Positions 1 to 9,394 of a stretch of 64,000 bases of DNA are shown here, piece by piece. The stretch comes from Myxococcales bacterium (GTDB lineage: Bacteria; Myxococcota_A; Polyangia; Fen-1088), in contig JAGTJU010000008.1 of assembly GCA_022184915.1 (NCBI GenBank), positions 6,760-70,759 of the forward strand, in the 5' to 3' direction. The notes below the pieces were generated by a model. The model ran no database searches. It worked only from the letters and a program-made list of their open reading frames with translations, and was not told the origin of the DNA. How positions within the stretch are numbered: position 1 is the stretch's first letter; each line of letters starts with the position of its first letter. A program made the translations under genes and the position numbers.

Positions 1-441
1 TTCATCGGCACGAAGGACGTAGATGCCCGGCTCAAGGCCTTGCGCCGATACAGTTACGCGGAGGCCGTCGGTGGTGTCTTGAAAGTGCGCGAGCCCCAAG
101 GCGCGTGTTGCACCTTCAGGCGCAAGAAAGGCGGCAGTTCCGAATGGCTGAAGGTACTCCATCTCCTTAGGTGGGCGCTTGAACTGGCCTTCATTTGGAA
201 GCGAGGAGAGATCCGGACCGCGAAACCATTCGGGAGGCTCGGCTTCATTGGCAGGCTTTGGTGGGGCGGCGGGGTTGGATGTGCCAGACGCTTGTTCGCG
301 GGGGTTCGTCTTGCAGGCCACCCCTGCCGTGAGCCAGCAAGCGATTGACGCCGTTAGGGCTGTTGAAATTTTGATCGTCACTTCATCCACCAGTGCCAAG
401 ACTCGTACGGATGCTTCAGCGGCCCTACCAGCTTGGTCCCT

Positions 442-1161
442 TCACAGGCAGCAGCGAGCTTGTCTTCCCACCCTTCCTTCTTCCAGATCGGTTGAACGGC
501 GGAAGAGCGGATGGGCGCCACGATGGCGGTCCCTTTCATCACGACGAAGTCTACTGCCTTGCCGCGCCCGTGATCGGACGTGCCTGGAACAGCGTTTGTT
601 GGCTCCGGTGAGACTTTTTTTTTGCCGAAGAGCTTCGGCGAAGTCGAACGATTTCGCGGTCGTCGGAGCCGCGGGGTATTGGTCGGACGAAAGGACCTCC
701 TTCATTTCCGCCAGCAGCTTTGCTCCGGCCTCTCCAACGGTCGAGTTCCTGCCCCACAGGCGAACCTGGGCTTCGAGGCTGCGCACGGGTGACAGCACGA
801 GGTGGTAGTCGGGGTTGGCCTTCTTGAAGTTGGCTTGAACCTTCGCGGCCTCTTCGTATAGCGACTTCGTGGGTTCGAGCTTCTTTTGGGCATCGATGTC
901 GGCATCGGTCCACGACCAGATCGCTTCGAGGTTGGCGCCTCGCCGCTTGCTGCGTAGGTACTTCCTCACGGCCAAGAGCTGAGTGGCCAGCAGGCGATCG
1001 GGCGCGTGGCGCTTCATGTACGCGCTGATGCGCTCGAGCGCGTCGAGCACTTCGGTCTTGCCGCCACGGAGCGTGTCCACGGCCGCCAGCATGTAGGCGC
1101 GCACCTTCTCGTCGGACTCCGCCTCCTCCTTCGTGGGAGTGGCCTTGGCTGTTTTCTTCAT
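442..1161 (-). CDS. hypothetical protein; C-terminal ~45 aa probably out of frame
   Basis: 239-aa ORF. The first ~190 aa have balanced K/E-rich composition. The tail is R/S-rich nonsense directly after a T9 homopolymer (615-623), suggesting a frameshift or sequencing slip. Confidence 0.3.
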   Translation of the reverse strand: MKKTAKATPTKEEAESDEKVRAYMLAAVDTLRGGKTEVLDALERISAYMKRHAPDRLLATQLLAVRKYLRSKRRGANLEAIWSWTDADIDAQKKLEPTKSLYEEAAKVQANFKKANPDYHLVLSPVRSLEAQVRLWGRNSTVGEAGAKLLAEMKEVLSSDQYPAAPTTAKSFDFAEALRQKKSLTGANKRCSRHVRSRARQGSRLRRDERDRHRGAHPLFRRSTDLEEGRVGRQARCCL

Positions 1162-1391
1162 TAAGTGAACGCCGGATTTAGTCCGGCGCTCCTCACAGAA
1201 CCGTAGGTGCGATTAGGCATACGGCTCTTTGTTTTGTGTTTCCTCGGGGCACCATGCTCTGAGGAGAGGAAAAGAAGTTCTACACCGCGGGGAGGAGCCG
1301 GTAGAGGGTGAAAGTGTAACCTGCGCTTGAATTGTTCCCATGTGTAGGAGCGTTTCTGTGAGCGCCGGTTGAGCCATCTGAAGCGCCCGGG

Positions 1392-1811
1392 GTGGTCCGC
1401 ACGGGAGACATCGGACACTTCGACCGGAATGGCTTTTTGTATATTGACGGCCGCAGGCAGGAGATCATCGTGACGGCGAGCGGTCACAAGGTCCACCCCG
1501 AGCTGCTCGAAGCCATCCTGAACGACTGTCCTGCCATCGAGCGCGCAGCGGTGGTGCTGTCGGTTGACGGGGAGACTCTGACTGCGGCAATCGTCGTGCG
1601 CCGTCAAGCGCAAGGTGAACACCAGGAACCGGTGCGGGCCGCCATCGCGCGCGCGAACGCCCTGGCTCCGTCTGGCATCAGGATCGCGGATCACGTCGTC
1701 CTGGCCCAGCCGTTCAGCATGGATAACGGCATGCTGGCGCGTAACCTCAAACTGGATCGACGCGCCGTTCGGCGCGTGATCGTTCCGGATGCCGACTCCG
1801 CCCGTCCCTGA
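1392..1811 (+). pseudogene. 3' fragment of an AMP-dependent synthetase/ligase (ANL adenylation enzyme C-terminal subdomain)
   Basis: VRTGDIGHFDRNGFLYIDGRRQEIIVTASGHKVHPELLE matches the (Y/R)TGD…GxLYIxGR…II hinge and C-terminal-subdomain motifs. No N-terminal ~400-aa body lies upstream. Confidence 0.5.
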
Positions 1812-1845
1812 CGGTCTCATCGGCGAAACACCTGCCCAGGTCACC

Positions 1846-2250
1846 ATGCGAACCACTCCGCTCCTCGATCATGTGTCCATCGCGGTCGGCGATCTGTCGA
1901 GCGCTCGGCCGTTCTACGATGCCATCATGGCTGTGCTGGGAGCCCGCAAGGTGTACGACCACGAAGCCGCCATCGGCTACGGCGAACGGTGCAGCGGAGA
2001 GAGCAGTGGCGGATCGTACGTGACGGTCCGACGCTCGTCGGGAGTCGCGCCGGTCGATGGACTGCACTGGTGTTTCAAGGCCGTCAACCGACAGCAGGTT
2101 CGGGCGGCCTTCGCCGCCGGCATCGACGCGGGTGGGCGCGACGATGGCGGTCCGGGCTTGCGCGCCGAATACCATCCGACCTACTACGCCGCGTTCATGA
2201 AGGATCCGGACGGAAATCGGATCGAGATCGTCTGTCACCAGAGCGAGTGA
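1846..2250 (+). CDS. VOC (glyoxalase/bleomycin-resistance/dioxygenase) family protein
   Basis: Start moved to the internal Met (MRTTPLLDHVSIAVGDL…). The beta-alpha-beta-beta-beta VOC-like pattern with LDHVSIAV and DPDGNRIEIV is typical of glyoxalase-I-like proteins. Confidence 0.65.
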   Translation: MRTTPLLDHVSIAVGDLSSARPFYDAIMAVLGARKVYDHEAAIGYGERCSGESSGGSYVTVRRSSGVAPVDGLHWCFKAVNRQQVRAAFAAGIDAGGRDDGGPGLRAEYHPTYYAAFMKDPDGNRIEIVCHQSE

Positions 2251-2725
2251 GGCGCCTGACCGCTGGCTGGCGCAGGTAGCCCGGCTCCGGGAGTGAGCTG
2301 ATCCACGAGCGCGGCGAGGTAAGGGCGGGCCGCTCGAGAGGGATTTGGGGGACCGGGTCTCGTACACCCGGCCCCCGTGCACCGATGGATCGCGCGCCGG
2401 GACGATCGCCTGGCGAGCCTCCGGCGTCCAGTTACTCTGCTCGCGCGAGCAGATGGACGAAGAGATCGTATTCGAGGACCCGCGCTACGCCTGGTGTCTT
2501 CAGGCGGTCTTGATCTGCCTGCCGGGCTTCCATGGCCAGCTCTACTGCTCGGCCTCGTGCTCCGTGAAGGGCAAGGTGCCTGCGTCGGCGGGCTCGTCGA
2601 CCGCTTCGTCGAGCGCTGCCACATCATCGACATCGCCGCCGACTCTTGGCGCCAGAAGCGCGCCGCCGACCCCGCCGTCGACGGGCGTCGCGAACTTCCT
2701 GTACGCTCCCGCGCGGAGGCGGCCG

Positions 2726-3457
2726 TCACGGATCCGTTCGGTCCACGTCCTCGATGGCGTGGCCCAGAAGCGTGAAGAGCGCCTCGAGGGCGCCGGACGG
2801 GTTGTCGGACACGTGGGTGAGCGCATCGAGCGGTGCGGGCCAGCGCCTCGTCGCCGCCGCCAGGACCGTGCGCAACTTGGTGTCGGGCACGGTGAGGCCG
2901 CGCAGGCGAAGGAGAGCCAGCAGAGGGTAGCGGACCTGACGGAGCTTGTGTTCGAGCGCATTCACGAAGAATCGGCCCTGTTCCATCGCATCGATGGTTA
3001 GGCGGCGCAGCCGTGTGTTGATCTCGCGAAGCTCCTGCTCGATTCGCAAGCGCAAGTGCTCGTCCGAAACATCTACGCCTTCGAGGGGCGGGCGGCCCGC
3101 CAGCACGACGTGGCAGGCGGCGATCTCATCGTAGAACAGGGGAAAGACATCGGCGGAACGGGCGATTTCCCCGCGCAAGAGGAGCATGCTCTCAATGCGA
3201 GCGGCATCACGGGCCAGTCGCAATGGTTGCCGCAGTTCCGTCAACAGGGGAACCGACAGCGATTCGAGCACGATGATCAGATCCACGTCGCTGCTGCCCG
3301 GGCGGTACTCGCCGCGGGCCACGCTGCCGTGGACCGCCAGGGACACCAGGTTGTCCTGCAACATCGTCTGGAGTTGCTGACTGAGCTTTTCGAGCTGGGT
3401 TTTCGTGGGTGCCGGAAGCGGGAGTGCTTCGCCAGGCCAAACTGCCGTGACGGTCAT
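2726..3457 (-). CDS. nucleotidyltransferase-domain protein (pol-beta-like NTase)
   Basis: HGSVARGEYRPGSSDVDLIIVL matches the GSx9-13DxD NTase signature. The start was chosen at MTVTAVW, which gives an ATGA stop/start overlap with the upstream DUF692 gene. Confidence 0.6.
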   Translation of the reverse strand: MTVTAVWPGEALPLPAPTKTQLEKLSQQLQTMLQDNLVSLAVHGSVARGEYRPGSSDVDLIIVLESLSVPLLTELRQPLRLARDAARIESMLLLRGEIARSADVFPLFYDEIAACHVVLAGRPPLEGVDVSDEHLRLRIEQELREINTRLRRLTIDAMEQGRFFVNALEHKLRQVRYPLLALLRLRGLTVPDTKLRTVLAAATRRWPAPLDALTHVSDNPSGALEALFTLLGHAIEDVDRTDP

Positions 3458-4869
3458 CGTGTCATCCTCTCGAGCGGTGCTGCGGTGTTTTGCGTTGCCA
3501 GCCGGTGGAGTGCATGGGGCGGCAACCAGAGCCGTACGGGGCGGCCGAAGCCTGCGCCCTTGAATGCCCAGGCGCAATCGCCCCCGGGAAGGCGTGCGCG
3601 CCCGAAAAAGGGCGTCCACCGGGGGGCCCATCCGCGCCCGCCGCCAAGGGGCCGAAAGCGGGCCCGCAGGTTCAGAAGATCGAGCTGGGCCTCCGCCGCG
3701 AACGCCGGCTCAGCCGCGGCCGCGTGAGCCACGGTGAGGGCGTCATCGACGCTGGCCAATCGGCCGGCCCGAGGGCGACTCCTGAGCGCGTCGATGGCCA
3801 GATGGACGATGTTGTGGTCGGCGCGGCGAAGCCGGGGCAACAGCGGCAAGGCCGCGTCGACGCGCTTTCGCACGAGCAGCCTTCGGGTCCGGTCGACATG
3901 ACGAACCGAAACGTCGCCCCCGCCGGGCGGCGGCACGGCGGTGAGCAGAGCTGCGAGCCGTTCCTGGTCGATCGCCAAGTCGGTTTGCGAGCCCTCGAGC
4001 CAACCGGACCCCGGCCGCGTGGACGCGCAGCGCACCGGGACCTGCGGACCCTCGCGGGGTGTGGCCAGGCAACGGGCGAGTGTTGCCAGCTCGGCGCACA
4101 GCTCGTCAAACGGCGGGAAGTTGTCGTCCCGTTCGATGACGGCAGGCCGTGGGCCCACCGCGCGGGTGACCTGCTCGACGAGCGCAAACACCGCGGACGG
4201 AATGGGGTGCGCGTGGGTGTCTACGTAAAAGCCGTCCTCGCGCAGGCCGCCCGCCACATGCAACATGGCCACCCGGTCGAGCGGGAAGCGCGCCAGGCGC
4301 TGGGAAGGCTCTTCGCCTTCGTTGATCGCGTTGGCGTAAAGGTTTGCCACGTCCAGGAGGAGCGCACACCCGGTGGCCTCGGCAACCTCGAAGTAAAAAT
4401 CTTCCTCCCGCATCTGGTCGCCTGACCAGGGTACGGTCCAGACCACGTTCTCCAACAACAAGGGAATGTCGGGCAGATGTCGGCGGGCCCGCGCGACGTT
4501 GCGGGCGACCGTGGCCACGGCGGCGCGCGTGCGGGGCAGGGCTGTGAGGTGGCCGATCTCGTGGCCCCCTGCACGGACGAAGGCCACGTGCTCGGAGACG
4601 AAGGGGGCGTCGAGCTGTCGGGCCAGGCGACCCAGCCGGATGGCGCGGCCATCGTCGATGCCCTCTGCGCTTCCAAGCGACAGCTTCACGCCGTGAAGGG
4701 CCACAGGGAGGGCCTGAGCCACCGCCTGGACCTCGCGTGCGATGCGTGAATCAGCGAGGCAGTTTTCGGCCACGACCTCGACGAAGCCCACCGTGCCCGT
4801 CTGGGCCAGCAGATCCCCGGCCAGTTCTGGACGCCACCCGATTGCCACGGCGTTTGCCGCGAGAGTCAT
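3454..4869 (-). CDS. DUF692/MNIO-family enzyme (MbnB/TglH/BufB-like TIM-barrel) with a ~190-aa C-terminal extension of unknown family
   Basis: The N-terminal ~280 aa (VGFVEVVAEN… HGVKLSLGS… LLDVANLYAN… MLHVAGG) align motif-by-motif with the two other DUF692 ORFs in this window and with the xylose-isomerase-like DUF692 fold. The gene is ATGA-coupled to the downstream NTase. Confidence 0.65.
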   Translation of the reverse strand: MTLAANAVAIGWRPELAGDLLAQTGTVGFVEVVAENCLADSRIAREVQAVAQALPVALHGVKLSLGSAEGIDDGRAIRLGRLARQLDAPFVSEHVAFVRAGGHEIGHLTALPRTRAAVATVARNVARARRHLPDIPLLLENVVWTVPWSGDQMREEDFYFEVAEATGCALLLDVANLYANAINEGEEPSQRLARFPLDRVAMLHVAGGLREDGFYVDTHAHPIPSAVFALVEQVTRAVGPRPAVIERDDNFPPFDELCAELATLARCLATPREGPQVPVRCASTRPGSGWLEGSQTDLAIDQERLAALLTAVPPPGGGDVSVRHVDRTRRLLVRKRVDAALPLLPRLRRADHNIVHLAIDALRSRPRAGRLASVDDALTVAHAAAAEPAFAAEAQLDLLNLRARFRPLGGGRGWAPRWTPFFGRARLPGGDCAWAFKGAGFGRPVRLWLPPHALHRLATQNTAAPLERMTR

Positions 4870-5045
4870 CGGGGCGCATCTTATAGCGACACCCCGAAAG
4901 GGGGAATGATTCCAGGACGGGGCTCACCTGGAAGCACGTCACTCCGCGGCAGAAACGCCCGATAAAATATGTCTTGTGAGGTCGTCGTTGGAATTGTTCG
5001 ATCGGGGCGCACATCGCCGTAAACTGCGCTGCGAGAGACCCAACA
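4870..5045. promoter_or_regulatory. divergent intergenic (promoter) region between the DUF692 fusion gene and the Cys/Gly-tail membrane protein gene
   Basis: 176-bp gap between divergent start codons. It contains a partial copy (4944-4966) of the repeat-family motif ACATATTTTATCGGGCGTTTCTG. Confidence 0.3.
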
Positions 5046-6107
5046 ATGACTTGGCAGGGTGCCTTCCTTCAGGCCGTCGACTTTTACCCGCTCAACGTGT
5101 CCAGCGGGCCGCTCTTTCTCCTTGTCTACCCTGTGGCAGCATTCGTCCTGCTGCGCTTGGGCGCAGGGCTGGGGTGGTTGCTTGGTGACGTGCTCACCCG
5201 AGCCGCGCCTGCGCCTGCGCCTGCGCCTGCGCGTGCGTCAGCTCCCTACCGCGAGCCCGAGGCCTCACGTTTCGGCGACAGGCTCCAGATCGGTTTGCCA
5301 CCTGGACCCGCTTGGCACCTGGCCATCGCGTTTCTCAGAGGCGGAAGAGATGCGGTGGCCGAGACCCTGGTGGCTCGCGCGTTGGCCGCAAAGTGGCTGC
5401 TGAGCAGCGGCGAGGGCTTTCGTGTAGACGGCGAGCCCACGTCGCTCGATGCGGACCAGCGGGTGCTTCACCACGAACTGGCGGCGCTCGACCCCTTGAC
5501 CGGCGCGGACGTCGCCCGGATCGCCCGCTCCGTGGCGAACAGTCTCGAGTCCGAAGTGAAGGAGGACCTCGAACGCGCTGGCTTCCTGTTTTCGGGGGTG
5601 GGCGGCCGGGTGCGTGCCGGCCTGCATGCTCTGGCGCTGGGCCTCGTTTTGGCCCTGGGTTTGGCGCGCGCGGTTCGCGGTTCCTTGCTGGGACGCCCCT
5701 TCACGTTCTTGGTCATCGAGATGTTCGTGGTGGTGCCGCTCGGTTGGCGCTGGTTACGCCGGCGGCGGCGGGTCACGCGCAAGGGGAAAGCGTACCTGAA
5801 GTGGCTCGAAGACGTGACGGACAGCCTGCGCGAAGACGTGAACGAGGGCCGGCGCAACACGCCCTGGGACCTGTCGCTGGCGGTCGCCTGCGCAGGCGCC
5901 GTGCTCTTGCCAAGTTCGTTGGGATATCCTCTTGCGTCCTTCCAGTCGCTACCGCGCTCTGCCGGTTCGAGACAAAGCTGTGGGAGCAGCTCGACCAGCA
6001 GCTGCAGTTCCAGCACGAGTAGCTGTAGCTCGGGCTCCAGTTGCGGAGGCGGTGGCGGGTGCGGCGGTGGTGGTGGCTGTGGAGGGGGCGGGGGCTGTGG
6101 TGGGTAA
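5046..6107 (+). CDS. membrane protein with Cys/Ser/Gly-rich C-terminal tail (TIGR04222-like architecture)
   Basis: 353 aa with several predicted TM helices. The C-terminus is SRQSCGSSSTSSCSSSTSSCSSGSSCGGGGGCGGGGGCGGGGGCGG. The antisense ORF 5468-6223 is a Pro-rich artefact. Confidence 0.5.
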   Translation: MTWQGAFLQAVDFYPLNVSSGPLFLLVYPVAAFVLLRLGAGLGWLLGDVLTRAAPAPAPAPARASAPYREPEASRFGDRLQIGLPPGPAWHLAIAFLRGGRDAVAETLVARALAAKWLLSSGEGFRVDGEPTSLDADQRVLHHELAALDPLTGADVARIARSVANSLESEVKEDLERAGFLFSGVGGRVRAGLHALALGLVLALGLARAVRGSLLGRPFTFLVIEMFVVVPLGWRWLRRRRRVTRKGKAYLKWLEDVTDSLREDVNEGRRNTPWDLSLAVACAGAVLLPSSLGYPLASFQSLPRSAGSRQSCGSSSTSSCSSSTSSCSSGSSCGGGGGCGGGGGCGGGGGCGG

Positions 6108-6295
6108 CGGGGCGTGAAGACTCGAATCAGCGCCTGGGATCGGGGCCGTGGTACTTTCGGTATCCGGTGAGCACGCCCATACAACCTGCGATCTCTTCCA
6201 CGCGGTAGGCGAGGCCGGGCCACTTGTGCAGCAAGGCGCTTTACGCTCCTTCAGATCAGGTGAGTTTCGGGCCCAATAGAGCTCGGACGCCAGAA

Positions 6296-6350
6296 CCCGG
6301 CAGCAAGGCTGAGGATGCGAGGCGGCTTGCGTTAGTTGACAGAATACATT
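6296..6350 (+). repeat. repeat-family copy A (CCCGGCAGCAAGGCTGAGGATGCGAGGCGGCTTGCGTTAGTTGACAGAA…)
   Basis: One of at least 8 copies of the same ~65-bp unit in this window (see findings). Its CCCGGCAG end is a sharp boundary. Confidence 0.7.
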
Positions 6351-6830
6351 GCTCGAAATTGATCACTTTTTGACGCGAGTGGACTTCGTGCTTGAACTTC
6401 CTGTGCGCCACATTTTTTCGACGAAAGACTGAAGGGCGCTGTCGTACGTGGTGCCAGGCAGATCGTGCTTCTCTGCGCAGGGCTCGACAGCCGAGCGCAC
6501 TGGTTCCGGCAGATGCTTGAGGGTGTGACGGTGTTCGAGGTCGAGAAGGTGGCCGCCCTTTTTAAAATTTCACGCTCCATGCGCAGGGTCTTTACCTCGC
6601 GCCGAAGGGTCGAAAGTTCCTCACGCTCAGCCGTCGTCAGAGCGCCCTTGGGGCCTCGGCCTGCATCGGTATCTGCCTGACGGATCCACGTCCGCACGAG
6701 GCTCTCGGCGAGGCCCAAGTCCCGAGCCACCTCCGGTATCCCCCGCCGTCCGCTCTGGACGAGGGCGACTGTTTCACTCTTGAACTCCGGGGTATGGACC
6801 CGCCGGGTTCGTCTTTGCCTTGCTCATGTG
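6332..6830 (-). mobile_element. IS3-family transposase OrfA remnant (frameshifted, no OrfB)
   Basis: MSKAK then a +2 shift gives RRTRRVHTPEFKSETVALVQSGRRGIPEVARDLGLAESLVRTWIRQ… LTTAEREELSTLRREVKTLRMEREILKRAATF, the canonical IS3 OrfA HTH/leucine-zipper pattern. It degenerates after AATF and abuts repeat copy A. No integrase ORF follows. Confidence 0.55.
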
Positions 6831-7101
6831 GTCACCTTTCCACGCTCTTACAACTGAGCGCCGGTGTCCACTGAATCGGGTCAACCCCGTACGGTCCTTT
6901 CCCCGAAGCGGAAGCGTACCAAGCATGGGTTGATGCCTGGGCGGGCAGCACGGATCCGCTGTTCTTTTCCGTTTGCAACCATCAAGGACAAGCTTTGGGT
7001 GCGCTGCCTATCTTCGCATCGTGCCGGAGATAGGGTGCATTGAAGTGGGACACCTGAACTTCTCACCGCGCTTGCAGCGAACGCCCGCGGCCACGGAAGC
7101 G

Positions 7102-8397
7102 CTACCCCGCAAGCCCAGCCACCTTCCGCGCCGCCACACGCTGCTCATGCTCGAAGGCATCGGCGAACGCTTCCAGCTCCTGCTTCGTCATGCCCAGCGC
7201 TTTGCCTTCGGTCCGCCAGCGGCCAACCGCACTTTCAACCTCTGCGAGGATCTCGCGCGCCCGATTCGGCGATAGACGAAAATAAGCGCAGACGGACAAC
7301 AAGGCGTCGACGCTCGCATCGGGACCGGTCTCTTCGGAGATCCAGGTCTTGAGCTCGCGCACCCGTTCGGGAAATGGGTTTACGTCGAACGCGGGGGCGA
7401 GCCGCCACTGTCCGCGCTGAACATGCAGGAACCCGTGGTTCATGAGGTGATCGTCCACGTTGGTGATCAAGATCGAAAAAGCCATCCTCCGCCACAATTC
7501 TTCCGTGTCTGCCTGCGGCCGCACGCCCCATTGACGAAGGGCGTCGACGATCTCGGCGTAGGTATGTTCGGTAGAGTCGCTTAAATCAGCGCCAAGCATC
7601 GTAGCCGCCGAGACGTACATCAGACGACCGCCCGCCGGGTGCCGATCAAACCGTCGAATGAGAGCGACCGGCGCACCGTCGCTGTCGACCAGCCTGGCTA
7701 CGGCGGCGTCGATGCCAGCCAACCCAGCAAGTCGCAGGGCAAGCACTTCTCCTTTCGTGACGGCACGTTCGTCGCTCACGCTCGGAAACTTGCCGATCGC
7801 CAAGCCGCCGTCGTCGTCAATCACGGTGCACTTCGGCCGCAGCCCACCGAGCGAAGTTCCTCTTCCGCGCAAGTAAGCCAGGTCGGCAGACGTCTCCGTC
7901 TGCGTCTCCACGGCGCGGCTCGAGGCCAGAAGCGTGCCGAGCTCGATCAGGGGAGGAGCGGTGCGACGCCCTTCTTCGGGGGCCCTCTCGAAAATTCCGC
8001 GCTCGTCGCGAAACCGCAGGGCGCCCATCCGGCTCCCATCATCTACGGCCAGCAAGAAATCCAGCGCGTTCAGTGGCGCCGTCTGCACAGGTAAGCCTGC
8101 ATGTTTGGCTTGCTGCCGGCGCTTGGCATGATCGCGCGCAATCACCCTTCGCCCCCAGCCGTCTGGCTCCGTGTCCGCAATGGCGCGGTGAAACAGCGAT
8201 CCTCCTTCCGTCTTGCGGCGATACTGAGGACCTGCCACGAGCGGCAGCGCTGGATCAACCACGAAGGCTTCGCCGCTCGACAGCCAGAGCGGATCGTACT
8301 CGAACGCAGCGATCTCTCGCCCGCCTTCCTGCGCGTGCCGCAGAAGCCCGATGGGGCGCGCGCCATCGCCAAGATGGATCCACAACGTGCGCTTCAC
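7102..8397 (-). CDS. hipA: HipA-family toxin (Ser/Thr kinase)
   Basis: 431 aa. The C-terminal AFSILITNVDDHLMNHGFL matches the HipA catalytic motif. The N-terminal HipA_N-like region is present. ATGA overlap with the upstream HTH gene. Confidence 0.8.
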   Translation of the reverse strand: MKRTLWIHLGDGARPIGLLRHAQEGGREIAAFEYDPLWLSSGEAFVVDPALPLVAGPQYRRKTEGGSLFHRAIADTEPDGWGRRVIARDHAKRRQQAKHAGLPVQTAPLNALDFLLAVDDGSRMGALRFRDERGIFERAPEEGRRTAPPLIELGTLLASSRAVETQTETSADLAYLRGRGTSLGGLRPKCTVIDDDGGLAIGKFPSVSDERAVTKGEVLALRLAGLAGIDAAVARLVDSDGAPVALIRRFDRHPAGGRLMYVSAATMLGADLSDSTEHTYAEIVDALRQWGVRPQADTEELWRRMAFSILITNVDDHLMNHGFLHVQRGQWRLAPAFDVNPFPERVRELKTWISEETGPDASVDALLSVCAYFRLSPNRAREILAEVESAVGRWRTEGKALGMTKQELEAFADAFEHEQRVAARKVAGLAG

Positions 8398-8726
8398 AAC
8401 GGCTCGATCGCTTTCTTCGGGCGTATCCGCTTTGGCAAGCGTTCGAGATCCAGAAGCAACCCCTGGTCATCCCGCCGCGGGTCGATGATCTCGCTCAAGG
8501 CGTCGCCGAATCCCAGCACGAAGAGCGCCATCGCATAGACACCCAAGGAGACGGTGGGATCGCCTTTCTCGGCGCGACGATAGGTGCTTGTGGCGACCCC
8601 CATGCGCTCGGCCATCATCGCCGCGGTGAGGTGACGCTTCTTGCGAGCCACGCCAAGGTCGAAGCCAAACTTCGCAAGCCCCCGCCGAACCCGCGGCGGC
8701 AGTGTGTCAGTGACCCTGGAGCGCAT
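8394..8726 (-). CDS. hipB: HipB-like XRE-family HTH antitoxin
   Basis: 110 aa with an HTH (RKKRHLTAAMMAERMGVATSTYRRAEKG). It is overlap-coupled to hipA. Confidence 0.7.
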   Translation of the reverse strand: MRSRVTDTLPPRVRRGLAKFGFDLGVARKKRHLTAAMMAERMGVATSTYRRAEKGDPTVSLGVYAMALFVLGFGDALSEIIDPRRDDQGLLLDLERLPKRIRPKKAIEPL

Positions 8727-8754
8727 GATTACAACCTATATAGAGATTCCAGGA

Positions 8755-8880
8755 GGCCATTATAGCGCATATATGCTCAATTAGGTGCACAACAACAAGT
8801 CCGCCCTGCTGCGCGGACAATGTCGTTTATATATGAGCGAATTAGTTCAATTAATAGCTCATATATGAGCGTCTACTCTG
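8755..8880. promoter_or_regulatory. AT-rich promoter/operator region upstream of hipB with repeated palindromes
   Basis: A low-GC island in a 69 % GC background. It holds perfect palindromes GCATATATGC and GCTCATATATGAGC (the latter twice as CATATATGAGCG), as expected for HipB operator half-sites. Confidence 0.4.
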
Positions 8881-8960
8881 GTGGCCAGGAATGACCTTCG
8901 AGCCATGGGTTTTGCGCGCGGTGGAGTCAAAGAACACCACCTTCTGGTTGAACGATGTCA

Positions 8961-9200
8961 TCAGCGCGCGCGCCGGTAGTGCATGGCGAGCGCGCCGTTA
9001 CGGAGTGGCGTCGCCGAGACCAGGTCGAGCCGTCGCGTGCTGGGCAGCCCGCTTCCGTACAGGGTTGGGCCGTGGCCGGCGATCCTGGGGTGGACGAGAA
9101 ACTTGTACTCGTCGATCAAATCCAGCCGGTCCAGCTCGGTTGCGAGCTTGCCGCTACCGACGAGCACGCCGGCTGGGGTTGCGTCCTTGAGCTTCTGCAC
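8961..9200 (-). pseudogene. 3' fragment of a RibD-C/dihydrofolate-reductase-family gene
   Basis: The 79-aa C-terminal piece (LVGSGKLATELDRLDLIDEYKFLVHPRIAGHGPTLYGSG) resembles the RibD_C fold. The 5' part is replaced by an IS21 fragment. Confidence 0.45.
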
Positions 9201-9202
9201 GC

Positions 9203-9394
9203 CCGTGATCAGCTCACCAAGACAGTCCCGCCGTCTTCACGGCTGGTGGATGCGCTGCCCTCGTTGCGCGCGTGGCGTCCAGATCTCGGCACCGATCATC
9301 CACTTGCGCAACGCCTCCCGGGATACACGAACGCCATGTAGCTCAGCAGGTTTTTCGTGAGTTTTCACTTTGCGTCTACACGCCGCTGTTAGGC
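9203..9394 (-). mobile_element. internally deleted fragment of the type-2 IS21-family element (istA codons ~105-150 joined to its IRL)
   Basis: 9203-9360 is >90 % identical to 31130-31290 (istA of the 29852-31658 element). 9360-9394 (TTTTCACTTTGCGTCTACA) matches that element's terminus. Confidence 0.5.

Noticed and set aside
5468-6223. 251-aa minus-strand ORF with PPQPPPPPQPPPPP… runs
   Set aside because: It is the antisense reading of the Cys/Gly-rich tail (GGGGGC codons read as poly-Pro) of the 5046-6107 gene. It has no independent signals.
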